DNA of 27,251 bases, taken from positions 62,001 to 89,251 of the forward strand of contig KZ538268.1 of the NCBI GenBank assembly GCA_000934665.2. The letters run 5' to 3'. The translations under genes were made by a program, and so were the position numbers. Source of the stretch: Catajapyx aquilonaris (taxonomy: Eukaryota). Positions 1 through 9,748 of this stretch are shown here, in pieces (positions within the stretch are counted from its first letter, which is position 1; each line of letters starts with the position of its first letter). The notes under the pieces are model-generated. The model was not told the DNA's origin. It did no database searches and was given only the letters and a program-made list of their open reading frames with translations.

Positions 1-331
1 ATCTATAGACAATCTCCACACTGTTTGTTGTCATTTGAGTTTACTTTACGTGCACTCCTGCTTACGATGCAACTCCTCTATTTGAAAATTCCAGAATATC
101 TGATTTTCACATTCAATATTCCAGTTTCATTTTTGTGCACACCATAGGATATTAAAGCTTGCTCTATGGTGCCTGTCTTGACATATTTGAAAAGGGGTAC
201 GCAACAAAAAAAGTTTGGGAAGCACGGTGCTAGGTGATTATTATTAACTACGAGGAGGATTACTCTGCTAGTTGATTTTTTTTTAGCCACGAAGAGGATT
301 AATCAGCTAGGTGCATTATTACCCATGGGGA

Positions 332-592
332 CCGAAGCAGTTTGAAGGAGGGGATATGGTGTCCGACTGCTAATCGGGAGGTCCTGGGATATAATCTCGG
401 GGCCAGGCTTTCTGTGGTTTCCCACGGTCCTTCCAGGAAAATTCCGAAGTTGCGTCCGTAATTAATAGGCCACGTCAGCCACTTCCTTCCGTCCCTATCC
501 TATCCCAAAGAGCACAGTAAAGTGCAAGCAAAGAGTTCCAGGAAAAACAAACTTCTCCCCCTACAGAGCCGATGGCTGATAATGGGGTATGA

Positions 593-642
<50 letters not shown>

Positions 643-663
643 CATTATCATCATCATCATCAT
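332..663 (+). mobile_element. tRNA-derived SINE, degenerate copy with (ATT)n(ATC)n tail
   Basis: Colinear similarity to 11361-11631 (ccgaagcag, ctgctaatcgggaggtcctggg, tttctgtggtttcc, ccagga.aattccg, ggccac..cttccttcc). B box decayed. TSD CCATGGGGA at 323-331 and 664-672. Confidence 0.8.
593..663 (+). repeat. (ATT)n/(ATC)n microsatellite (SINE tail)
   Basis: Directly visible trinucleotide runs. Confidence 0.95.
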
Positions 664-762
664 CCATGGGGAGGATTAATCATAATCTGCTAGGTGAATT
701 CTTATCCATGAGCAGGATTAAACTACCAGGTGAATTATTAGCCACGAATAAGATTAATCTAC

Positions 763-810
763 AAGAAGGGGGTAACTAGATGGGAATTCCCATCTAGTTA
801 CCCCCTTCTT
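763..810. repeat. Perfect 48-bp palindrome
   Basis: AAGAAGGGGGTAACTAGATGGGAA|TTCCCATCTAGTTACCCCCTTCTT: 24-bp arms, no spacer. Confidence 0.95.
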
Positions 811-1422
811 CCATGGAGCCCTTCAATTATTGTCTATGGGGAGGATTAATCTCTCTAAATCTGTGTTCAGCTAAATTCTGAGACAAGTGGTATGCCTTAC
901 ATCAGGATATTTTACCTGAGTTACTCTACACACTACAATTTATGTTAGAGTACTACTGTTCTTTTCACACATCTACAACTCTGGCGTCAAAGAGGCAAAA
1001 GTACATTCTGATTTGTTTGAAGTACATTACGGGGTTACTTCTTTGCCTCACACAAATTCTGTGGCAACATGAGACAGAGAACTCTTTGGTGTCCCCAGGG
1101 TCACGAGCATGTGATTTCACCCTCACTCATAGTAATTGCTTACTACAAAAGCAGCATACAGTGTATACCATAAAATGAGCTATTCACAGGTTTTAAATGA
1201 GCGACTGTACGTATACTGTATTCTACTTTGATAATAAGATTTTATCAAAATTAGAAAAATTCCTGCAGATTTTTAGTTTGTCTTCTGGAAAAAGTCTGTT
1301 ATATTTCTTTGCGAGAAACATTGATATTTTTTCAGACTTTCCTTTGTTTTAGTCATACACAGATAATAACCAGCACCCTGATAATCGGGATTACAGTTTA
1401 TTTATGAATAGCTGAGACTTAC

Positions 1423-4400
1423 TTGGCTGCAAGGACACTAGCTTGGTGAGATTATCCTCTGCCTTCATCCCAAGAGGCATGCAAGAGTCAGGCAATGCTG
1501 GTGCTCCAACCTTATATATCCTCACATCACTGAACCTGACATCGAATGAATGTGGGTAAAGTGGAGACCTAGCCCCTCCATAGAAGTATTCCCTGACCCG
1601 GCAATCCCTGGCTTCTGCCCTAGCTGTCTGGCTCCTCTCCACAACTCCACCACTCTTGGGGAGGAAGACCACTCTCACAAAATGAGGCATATCACGCCCC
1701 AGCTCATTGTACAAGCGCTCCTGGTCTAGAACCAGAATCACATCTATTTCAAATGCTTCTGCAACATGTGTCAGCTGGCGATAGCCCTCGCCTTTTACCC
1801 ATCCACATGTGTTGATGATCACACCAGAGGAGTGGGCTGTGAAAATTAAAACAATTCAAAAATAAAGAAATCTGCATGGTTAGACTGGTGGGGTGTAATT
1901 TATAAATACTCGCCTTTTCGGTTGGTTTGCATTCTCTCCTGCATGACTTCAGACAGCCTCGATACTAGTCGGTTGTACAGAGCCCCATTATGACCTGGTG
2001 TCTTGTGCCCGTAATGAAACACGAGAGGTGCCTGCTGGGAGAACCCTTCCTCTACAGAGGCAGGTCGCTCAACCAGCAATGCTCCAATAGCGCCTGGTAT
2101 GGAGATTGATCCCTGTCCCACATCCAGGTCAACATAGATGGGCCGGCGACCCACACGGACAGCATAGTTCAGCAGCATGCGGCAAAGGGTTGATTTGCCC
2201 ACATCTGTTGGGCCTACTATCAAACACTTTGGACCCCGGGCTAGAAAAAAATAGTAAATCATGATCATGCACATTATACAGAATTCAAAACAGTACAAAA
2301 AATGAAAATAAAGTAATAATTAGAATTACATAATATTGGCTGGGGTGGGGGATGGGACGGGTTGTTTATAGGTTTATTTTTACAAGTTTTAATTTAGTTA
2401 ATATTTTGGGTTAGCTTGTGGATCCCGTCATCGCTGACTACCCCTTATAGGGAAATGTCGTGATGGTGGTGGTGATGATGACGATGATGATGACATAATA
2501 TGGTGTAGCAATCATAACCTACTCTCATACATATTCTTTCTAAATTGCAAGACCAGGCAGTCCCCAACTTACTGTATATACTCGTAGATTGATTCAGACT
2601 TATGTAAAAAAAATCCAGCTGTTGCAAAAATTATGGAACAAACTGGTAACATATACTGTACTACAACGCTGGCAACTGCAAAAGAACATAATTATCCAAA
2701 TTATGGTGTGTGGCAGCATGAAGCTGCCTGCCTAGACTCATTCTTTCACTCATTTTACATGTGACAGAAATTTGTGACCAGATTCTGGGCCTTGTTGAGA
2801 ATCCCTTTCTGTTTCCAATGGCCTCAGTTAAATACAACACTGGTAAATGGTACAATTAAAATGTTCTGAGTTACCTAAAATTAGTCTGCACATAATGTTG
2901 CAGACAATCCACTTATGTACGTAAGTTGGGAACTGGCTGTACCAGTTATAAACAAGCAAATCTTACTTCCATCAGCTTCTGCCTTTTTTCTCATTTGTTC
3001 CAATACTGCATGGGTGTTAAGGTACATGATGACTGGTGTCTCCCTCGCAATGTAGGCCACCTCAGTGCGTCCTTTCAGCTCCAGTGCACATCCATGGTAG
3101 GTGTAGACAGCCACCTTGGCCCCCACACCAAAGTTGTACGACTTCCCCTTCACCAGTTCTGTTCCAAATATTTCTGCATGACCAGACTTCAGCTCCACCT
3201 GTAATACCATAAATTTATGCTCACCTCTCATATTGTCGTTAATATGACAAAAGGTCGAATTCGAAATTTTTGCTAAAATCGGATTACGGCCTCTGCCAGC
3301 ACCATCAAGTGTTTGGTCAAATTCTGACAAAATGGTGAACCCACGGAACAAATAGTGTCAGGGTTAGAACAGAAAATAAAAACACCACTCTATGTATTGC
3401 ATAGTGGTTTGCAGGTTTCTTAGGCTCTCCTGTACGATTATGTACATGTTGAATTTGTCCTTTTGTCAGATTAATGACGATATCTGCAATAATGGCTACA
3501 CATGTAGTGGTAAATGCGACGTTATAATTTCCTCACACTGCTCACTTCTATTGACGTGGATACATCCTTAAAATCGGATCAGGGGGCATGCAGGCAAACT
3601 CGAGCTTTACAGAAAAGCGTTACAGTCAGGGCCCCGCCAGGGGCCCCATGGTGGGGACATGCAGAGGGAGGGGGAGGGGGCAGCTGGGCAACGCTTTTCT
3701 GTAACGCTCGAGTTTGCCTGCATGCCCCCGCCATTATAGTCGAGAAATGTGAAACATAATGTACGTTGAGCCTGCAAAAGCTGTGACTTGTCCCCAACAC
3801 AACCTAATGTAATTTTTTATAGCAATAAAGTCATGCTGTACTTCCACAACTTTGATATGATTGCTGGTCATAAGTTTTTTCCATGACGAGCAGAAAATTG
3901 CATACTGTATATATTTTTTAAATTGCTACTAATTTAATTAAAATTCAGCCAGTTAAGTGTCTTCAAAGTGAGTTTGGCCATAAAGTATTTGTATAAAATA
4001 ATACGCCTCTACATGCAGGAAGATTTGCAACCATAAGCTGGGTATCCACGCCGGAGTTTCTCATGTCAGAATCCTCTTGCGCGAGAAATCTTATACATCA
4101 AGATGGATTCTCTGTCGCCTCAGGGCCCGCCTGGTCCCTCGGACGAGGGATTAAGTTGAAAATTTTCTACTTTTCCTCATTCCTTTAATCCGGGCAGTTG
4201 GCTTCTCTTGCAAGGGAAAACATTTACGTGGATATCCCGCTTTACCCAGGCCACATTACATGGTAAATTACTCTACAGCTGCCAAATCCTATGCTCCACC
4301 AAATGTCTGCATAGATTCATACCTCTCATATACATGGCTAATGTACACCTAAATTTACTTTTCCCCGTCAAATATGACATTTCTTCACCTCACCTGAACC

Positions 4401-4510
4401 TTCCCCTTTCCTTCAACTTCAAACCGCAGCTCCGAGTCCGGTTCCAGCTTGAACTCTTGCAAGGTCGATCCCCCAGCCGGCTTGTCCTTATCCTTCTCGT
4501 CTCCCATCAT
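1423..4510 (-). CDS. CLP1: CLP1 polyribonucleotide 5'-OH kinase / cleavage factor II subunit (3' end truncated by window edge)
   Basis: Exons 4510-4394 ([39 protein letters not shown]), 3198-2967 ([16 protein letters not shown]...), 2240-1914 (P-loop GPTDVGKST, Walker B DLDVGQ) and 1836-1423 ([36 protein letters not shown]). Phases are consistent (0,1,1,1). Intron 1913-1837 is GC-AG. I could not find the final exon in 1-1422. Confidence 0.96.
3233..3480. mobile_element. Degenerate MITE, Tc1/mariner-like (TA flanks)
   Basis: Left end TTGTCGTTAATATGACAAAAGGTCGAATTC vs reverse complement of right end TCGTCATTAATCTGACAAAAGGACAAATTC. TA at 3231-3232 and 3481-3482. Confidence 0.6.
3582..3729. mobile_element. 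MITE-like element with 40-bp terminal inverted repeats
   Basis: 3582-3621 and 3690-3729 are reverse complements with one mismatch, around a GC-rich 68-bp core. No clear TSD. Confidence 0.75.
4036..4241. mobile_element. Possible degenerate MITE (PIF/Harbinger-like ends)
   Basis: AGCTGGGTATCCACG at left vs CGTGGATATCCCGCT at right, internal inverted sub-repeats, TAA/TTA-like flanks. Confidence 0.4.
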
Positions 4511-4862
4511 TTACGTCCAACAAATAAGTAGCTCAAAATTTTCTCAAAAAGTCCAAAAAAAGAGCATCAAACGGTCGCCATGTTGGTTCAAGCCACTCCG
4601 TTCCTCGAGTTAGTTATCGGGCCGAATGGAGCACAGCGGCTTCTGCATAGCTGCTGCGCGTAGTCCACACCCTTGGCTGCTCTAGTGCTCTTGGCTGGCT
4701 GGATGCTCTTCATCGCGTACAATCTTCTGTTCTTTTTCTAGTTTCGAATTTCATCTCTCCTGCTGCGGAATTATTCGAGTACGCGCGACTAGGGGGGCTG
4801 GAGCGGCTGGAGGGACGGCGTCTGGACCATTGTTCGGCAGGCGACGAGAGGCAGACGAGCTG
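4511..4862. promoter_or_regulatory. Probable bidirectional promoter/5'UTRs shared by CLP1 and ARL6IP6
   Basis: The two start codons diverge with only 352 bp between them. The region is CpG-rich and has a YY1/Pho-type motif CGCCATGTT at 4576-4584. Confidence 0.65.
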
Positions 4863-6175
4863 ATGGAGGGGGGCACGGAGCTTTCCCGCCTGGACAAGGT
4901 GAAGAGGTACCTGAGGTTCTCGTCAGGTGAGGAGGATCATGAAGGACAACCAGCGGGAGAAGATGAGGGAAGGAGGAGGAGGAGGAGGGATGAAGACAAG
5001 CACCAGAGGAATGGGGAGTCTTGGTTTCCATTGTGGACCAGTGACAACGGCACAACGCAGGTGGATGAGGCGGAGGAGGAGGTAGAGGAGGAGGAAGAGG
5101 AGGTGGGAAGCGGGATGCTGGGACGACACTGCGACACCATCCTGCTGGTGCTGCTCTTTGCCTTTAGTGTCGTCATTGCCAAAGTCTACTATTACTACTG
5201 TGAGTATACTGTCAGTAGAGGCACATACACTGATTTAGCTAAGTGTAGGAATAGGCCACTGTCGTCGCTTGTAAGAAAGTCACTGTTATAATGACAACAA
5301 AGGTAATGTCATTACAAGCTATAAAAATTCAGAGTATGTGGCATGTGGAGATAATCTTGGCTATGTCACATGCAACAAATGATGGTCCGGATGTGATATG
5401 ATTTTTATTCAACCACAATAATATTGTGGTTGAATAAAAATCCTCCAATCACCAAACCTCCCCTGTAACCTTGGATAACATATTATGTTATCCAAGGTTA
5501 CAGGGGAGGTTTGGTCATTGCCAGAATAACTGTAGTATGTTTTAACAGTTTTAACCAGTCATGAAGGGGACTGCAATTATTATTAGTTATGGCAAGAGCT
5601 TGGTTATGGTAATGGTGAAAGATGTGGTCTTTTATAGGTAGTTAAAAATATTATTGGTATAGTGTCACTTGCTGTCTAACTTTGACAGCAGAAATAAGCA
5701 CAATGTTGCGCCCATTATGCCAATTGACTGATTCAACTTGTCATGTGCAGCCACCGAGGTACATGAGGCAGCTCACCAAGGAACTGTTTGGGCCACAACC
5801 CTGGTGACAAATGCCTCGATGCCTTCCTCAGCCACGGCCCGAGCCCTTGCTGCTTCCACTGTGGACTTGGCTCACTCTGTGGGATCAGCTGCTGGAGCTG
5901 CTGCTGCCAAGGTCTCATCCCAAGCGTCATGGTTTTGGCTGAAGGCTGGATGGCTGTTAGTGCCTGTGCTCTCTGGCCTTGCACTCACTGCATTCTCCTG
6001 GCTTATCCTGTACTTAGACAGTGCAGTCCCAGGTCAGCTCCCGCCCTCTCCATTCTCACCTCCCAGAATCCGGATAGGCTCAGGGTACACCTTCCACCTC
6101 AACTATGTGGCCACTGCATTCAATGGCATTGCGCTCTGCGCCGTTCTTCTTTGGGGAGAGTATGGTGCCCAGTAA
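4863..6175 (+). CDS. ARL6IP6: ADP-ribosylation factor-like 6 interacting protein 6 (multi-pass membrane protein), ~253 aa
   Basis: Exon 4863-5199 (T|GTGAGT, phase 1) joins exon 5751-6175 (tgcag|CC). The C-terminus FSWLILYLDSAVPGQLPPSPFSP..R..SGYTFHLNY...NGI matches the ARL6IP6 family signature YLDSxxPGxxPPxPxSP. Three hydrophobic segments. Confidence 0.88.
5400..5442. repeat. Palindrome, 21-bp arms, 1-nt spacer
   Basis: GATTTTTATTCAACCACAATA-A-TATTGTGGTTGAATAAAAATC. Confidence 0.95.
5451..5515. repeat. Palindrome, 32-bp arms, 1-nt spacer
   Basis: ACCAAACCTCCCCTGTAACCTTGGATAACATA-T-TATGTTATCCAAGGTTACAGGGGAGGTTTGGT. Confidence 0.95.
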
Positions 6176-7104
6176 CATTGATGATGACGAACTGATATCT
6201 TAAAATGCTTACTGCTACTTTCTGGTAAGTACAACTGAAGCTGGGTTCCTGTGAGAAGGGAGGCTAATTCAGCGCCTTCAACCATCCAGTGCTTTGGATA
6301 GCAAATGTAACAACAAATTGGTAATTTGGCTAATGTGGCCATCTTCCTTTTATGTTCTTAAAGTTATATCTCCTGCATGTCAGCCAGAAAATACCCCAAG
6401 TGTTGGAGGGAATTTTACTTGACTATAAGTAGCAAGTGTTTGTCATTAAGAATGTTCATTATATTTTTTTGAATTGTGTGTGTCTGCTAGCTGGCATTTT
6501 ATCATGATTTGTAATGACATTAGTGTAAGTTGCATGAGGTTTTAGACAAACAATAATGTTTAGAAGAGCTTTACGAATTACTTTGTAGAGTATTGTCTAT
6601 TGAAGTGCATAATAATTGTAATATTGACATGCCAAAGTGTCAGTTTTTTGGCATCATTTTTTTTTCACTGCAATCATACTGTTTGGCTGATAATAATATT
6701 TGTTGTTTGCAATACGGCAAATATGATGAGAATTTTTGACACAAAAATTTATTATTCATGAGATTGGGCCAGATATATTAAGTACATGCAGCAATTAATT
6801 ACCACCCAAGTCTGTATATTATGTTACCGACTGCTGGAAATAAGTACCATAATTATCTTCTTTGGAACCATGATGCGGCGTGGTCTTAAGTGTCACGTGT
6901 GGTCTTCTGTACCTGAAAATTGATATCAGTGGAAGAAACTTATAGAGCACAGATATATTAATCAAGGCATGGACGGAGTTACATTTATTGGATGCCTGGA
7001 GAGAAGACATTTATTATTGGGTCAAGATTCTCAAATATATTCATTTATGATTATAGGCCTACTGAGTTGATGTAATAAATTACAGAACTTATATATCAAA
7101 GTAA

Positions 7105-7468
7105 GGGCCAGTTGTATGAACATCAGTTAAAGCTAACTATGGAGTTAGTTTATACAGTATGTAAACCAGTGGCAGATCCAGCACAAGTTTTCGGGGGAGG
7201 GGGGGGGGGGGTNTTAATGAGCGCAAATACAGGGATGTAGGCAGAAAAAATATGGGGGGGGGGGGTTCAAGGTCACATGAGCTTAGGTGAATGTGGGAGA
7301 CTTGAATGGGTGTGTATTTGATGAAATTGGTAACACTTTTTCCAAAAAATCATGAATTAGTAATTTTTTCAGATTTATGGATAATAGCCTAGGTTTCCTG
7401 GATCTGCCACTGATGTAAACAAGAGCTAACCTCATAGTTAATAGTAACTCATGTTCATACAACCAGCC
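7105..7468. mobile_element. PIF/Harbinger(Tourist)-type MITE, interrupted by a younger insertion
   Basis: Left GGGCCAGTTGTATGAACATCAGTTA...AACTATGGAGTTAG vs right reverse complement GGCTGGTTGTATGAACATGAGTTA...AACTATGAGGTTAG. TAA at 7102-7104 and 7469-7471. Confidence 0.7.
7167..7412. mobile_element. hAT-type MITE
   Basis: Perfect 15-bp TIR CAGTGGCAGATCCAG / CTGGATCTGCCACTG. Perfect 8-bp TSD ATGTAAAC at 7159-7166 and 7413-7420. Internal poly-G runs. Confidence 0.9.
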
Positions 7469-7659
7469 TAAGAGACATTGATAAAAGAGCAGCTAAATTA
7501 CATTATGAATAGATATCATTTAATTGCACCTTACAATCACATAAGGTAGTTGTCACGTGTGCTTTATGAAGTGCCTGTTGTTTCTCATGATGAATAATAA
7601 TATGAAAATGACCATGATTTTCATTTGATAATTCCCAGTTTAATTATTTCAGGAATATA

Positions 7660-7968
7660 CACTGTACTCCTGATTATCCTGGTTTGGATTATCCGTGCAT
7701 CACTATAAAAAGGTTAGAATAAAAGTCTGAAAGAACGTCAATGTCTTGCAAACAACGAAATATAACAGACTTTTTCTGGAAGATACATGGAAAAATGTAT
7801 GGTAAGTTTTATTAGACCTTATTTAAACCTGCATACAGTAGTATGTACAGTAGTTCGTTAAAAATCGCAGAGTAACCCATTTTTACGGCATCTATCAACA
7901 TTTTCAGATTATTTGTGTTTTCCTACTTTCCTGTATATTAATTAGCATGGATAATTGGCAGTACAGTG
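7660..7968. mobile_element. Tc1/mariner(pogo/Tigger)-like MITE
   Basis: CACTGTACTCCTGATTATCC vs right reverse complement CACTGTACTGCCAATTATCC (17/20). TA on the left, TG on the right. Confidence 0.55.
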
Positions 7969-8159
7969 TGTTGGCATTTTCAGTGGGTCCCCTCTACCCC
8001 ATATTTTAGAGTGATATGATGTGCCATGAGATAATCTGGACACAATGAGCAGGAATCTGCAAATCTTTTTCCACAGCACAACCAATATTTAACGCTTAAA
8101 GCTCAAACTAGTGAAACTAATGGAAGCGCTAAAGCGACATGGAGAGAAAAAAATTCGAT

Positions 8160-8232
8160 TGCCTCCTGTGAGAGTCGAACTCACGACCCCTGGTTTACGA
8201 GACCAGTGCTCTAACCACTGAGCTAAGGAGGC
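8160..8232 (-). tRNA. tRNA-Thr(CGT)
   Basis: Reverse complement GCCTCCTTAGCTCAGTGGTTAGAGCACTGGTCT-CGT-AAACCAGGGGTCGTGAGTTCGACTCTCACAGGAGGCA forms a full cloverleaf with A/B boxes. T7 Pol III terminator at 8147-8153 (minus strand). Confidence 0.97.
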
Positions 8233-8606
8233 TTCACGTCAAATCCCGCTTCCAAAGACCATCCTTGAACTTGGATCCGATTGCCCTTCCCCTTCAACCC
8301 CGACCACGCACCTTCCCTCGAAGCACCTCCCTGCCCCCCCTGCAACCACTGCATCAACCTGCCCTTTGACCCTCTGCTGCCCTACATCAACCACGCAACC
8401 ACTCTGTCGATCTCCCGACCAAAGAGGTTGCCATTCCCGCCACCGTGTGGCGCCATACCCTCCACACAGTTATTCACACCATGCCAAGCTCCCCTGTTAA
8501 CGACCCAAGCTTGTTAATTCTAGTTAAATACGGCCCCGCTTCTTATTCCGGGCCTTATTCGTCCTATGCTCCCAAAAATTGAGGGACAAAATGTGAAAAA
8601 TAAGCG

Positions 8607-8680
8607 AGCCCCCTGTGAGATTCGAACTCACGACCCCTGGTTTACAAGACCAGTGCTCTAACCAACTGAGCTAAGGAGGC
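8607..8680 (-). tRNA. tRNA-Thr(TGT)
   Basis: Reverse complement GCCTCCTTAGCTCAGTTGGTTAGAGCACTGGTCT-TGT-AAACCAGGGGTCGTGAGTTCGAATCTCACAGGGGGCT forms a cloverleaf. T5 terminator at 8596-8600 (minus strand). Confidence 0.97.
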
Positions 8681-9369
8681 GTCCTCGTGCGAGCTGCTCT
8701 TCTATGCCTACTTGCCGGATCGAGGGGCGTAACATGGGCTGCAAGCCATGGAAGGCAAACGGCAGATGGCGGCCCTATTTGTATTCAGATCCCACCTGAA
8801 AGAGCGGCCAGAGAAAAAAAAATAAGGCGAAATATTGCCATTCATATCGCACCTCGCTCTATTGTCCAACCACCGGCATAGAGATGTTATCACACAGACC
8901 GCCAGTAATGGGAACCATTGTCAGGGAGAAAAATAACACATAAAGAAGCAATAGTGTGCGTGACTTGGCGATCTTCGAGTATGATTTCATTATTATCGGA
9001 GAGTTGGCACCATTTCGCTATTGCAAGGATTTAATGTACCGGAATAAACGTACAGTGATTACTTGTTAATAGGACCACATCTTTATGCTCGCGACACTGT
9101 GGACCAGATATGAATATTTGTGGAGTGTACATAATATTAGTGAAAGGCGGCAGACAGTGAAAAGTTTCTGAATTGTGGAGTTGGCGAGCGTATCGCTTCG
9201 GAACATCCGGATGGGAGGACCCCCAGGTATATGGCGGTCGAGGGCAGATGTCATCCGGATGCTGACGGCAGACAATGAGGGAAAAGCAGGCCGGAAGAGG
9301 AAAAAGGAATCATAGGATACACCTCGTCACAGGGAGGGATAAAATCGCAGTAGCAAAGGGGACATCGAC

Positions 9370-9571
9370 ATGGGAGCTAGGTCCAGCAGTATTATGGGGC
9401 GTCGAGAGGCGTCTTCAGCATCTCATCCGTCTTCATGGCCACCTTTGCCTGGATGCGGGTTGAAGTTCACGGTGGAACAGCTGAGGAGGCTGAATCTGAT
9501 ATTCGTCCAGCTGGATAGAGATAGCCAGAAGGGATGGAGCGACGCCCCCGACGCCCCGGATCAACAGCAAA
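9370..9571 (+). CDS. Probable first coding exon of the Mab-21-like gene (N-myristoylation motif MGARSS)
   Basis: ATG in gacATGG context, MGxxxS, helical segment EQLRRLNLIFVQLD, consensus donor A|GTGAGT at phase 1. That phase matches the phase-1 acceptor at 13252, giving ...DQQQ-K-RRANLELFARRIMRQVAARDPRF. The link across the 3.7-kb intron is inferred. Confidence 0.55.
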
Positions 9572-9675
9572 GTGAGTGGCGGAGATGTGCGGCTTTTGGT
9601 GCTGCCCGCCAAGTCGAGCGGGGATTTTCCTCTTTCCCTTACATGGTGCGCTCAGAAGGGGGAAGTTATTATCGG

Positions 9676-9748
9676 GCCCGGATAGCTCAGTCGGTAGAGC
9701 GTTAGGCTTTTAACCTAACGGTCCGGGGTTCAAGTCCCCGTTCGGGCG
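9676..9748 (+). tRNA. tRNA-Lys(TTT)
   Basis: GCCCGGATAGCTCAGTCGGTAGAGCGTTAGGCT-TTT-AACCTAACGGTCCGGGGTTCAAGTCCCCGTTCGGGCG; all stems pair. T7 terminator at 9756-9762. Confidence 0.97.

Larger units (their letters stand above)
229..760 (+). repeat. Degenerate ~38-bp minisatellite (about 5 units, interrupted by a SINE)
   Basis: Recurring unit gctaggtgaattatta-ccacga/ccatgg-gaggattaatc at ~229, 267, 306 (split, resumes at 672), 689 and 726. A further partial unit lies near 825-852. Confidence 0.7.

Noticed and set aside
475..779. Poly-Ile/poly-Leu ORFs (also 11034-11266)
   Set aside because: Translations of (ATT)n microsatellites.
229..852. CRISPR-like repeat array
   Set aside because: The units are contiguous and degenerate with no unique spacers, and the context is eukaryotic with no cas genes.
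3514..3800. Opposite-strand ORFs sharing the peptide [13 protein letters not shown]
   Set aside because: Artefact of the 40-bp terminal inverted repeats.
1423..9748. Functional link between CLP1 (tRNA-splicing-associated kinase) and neighbouring tRNA genes
   Set aside because: None of the three tRNAs has an intron, and tRNA genes are common near housekeeping genes. Nothing supports a link beyond proximity.
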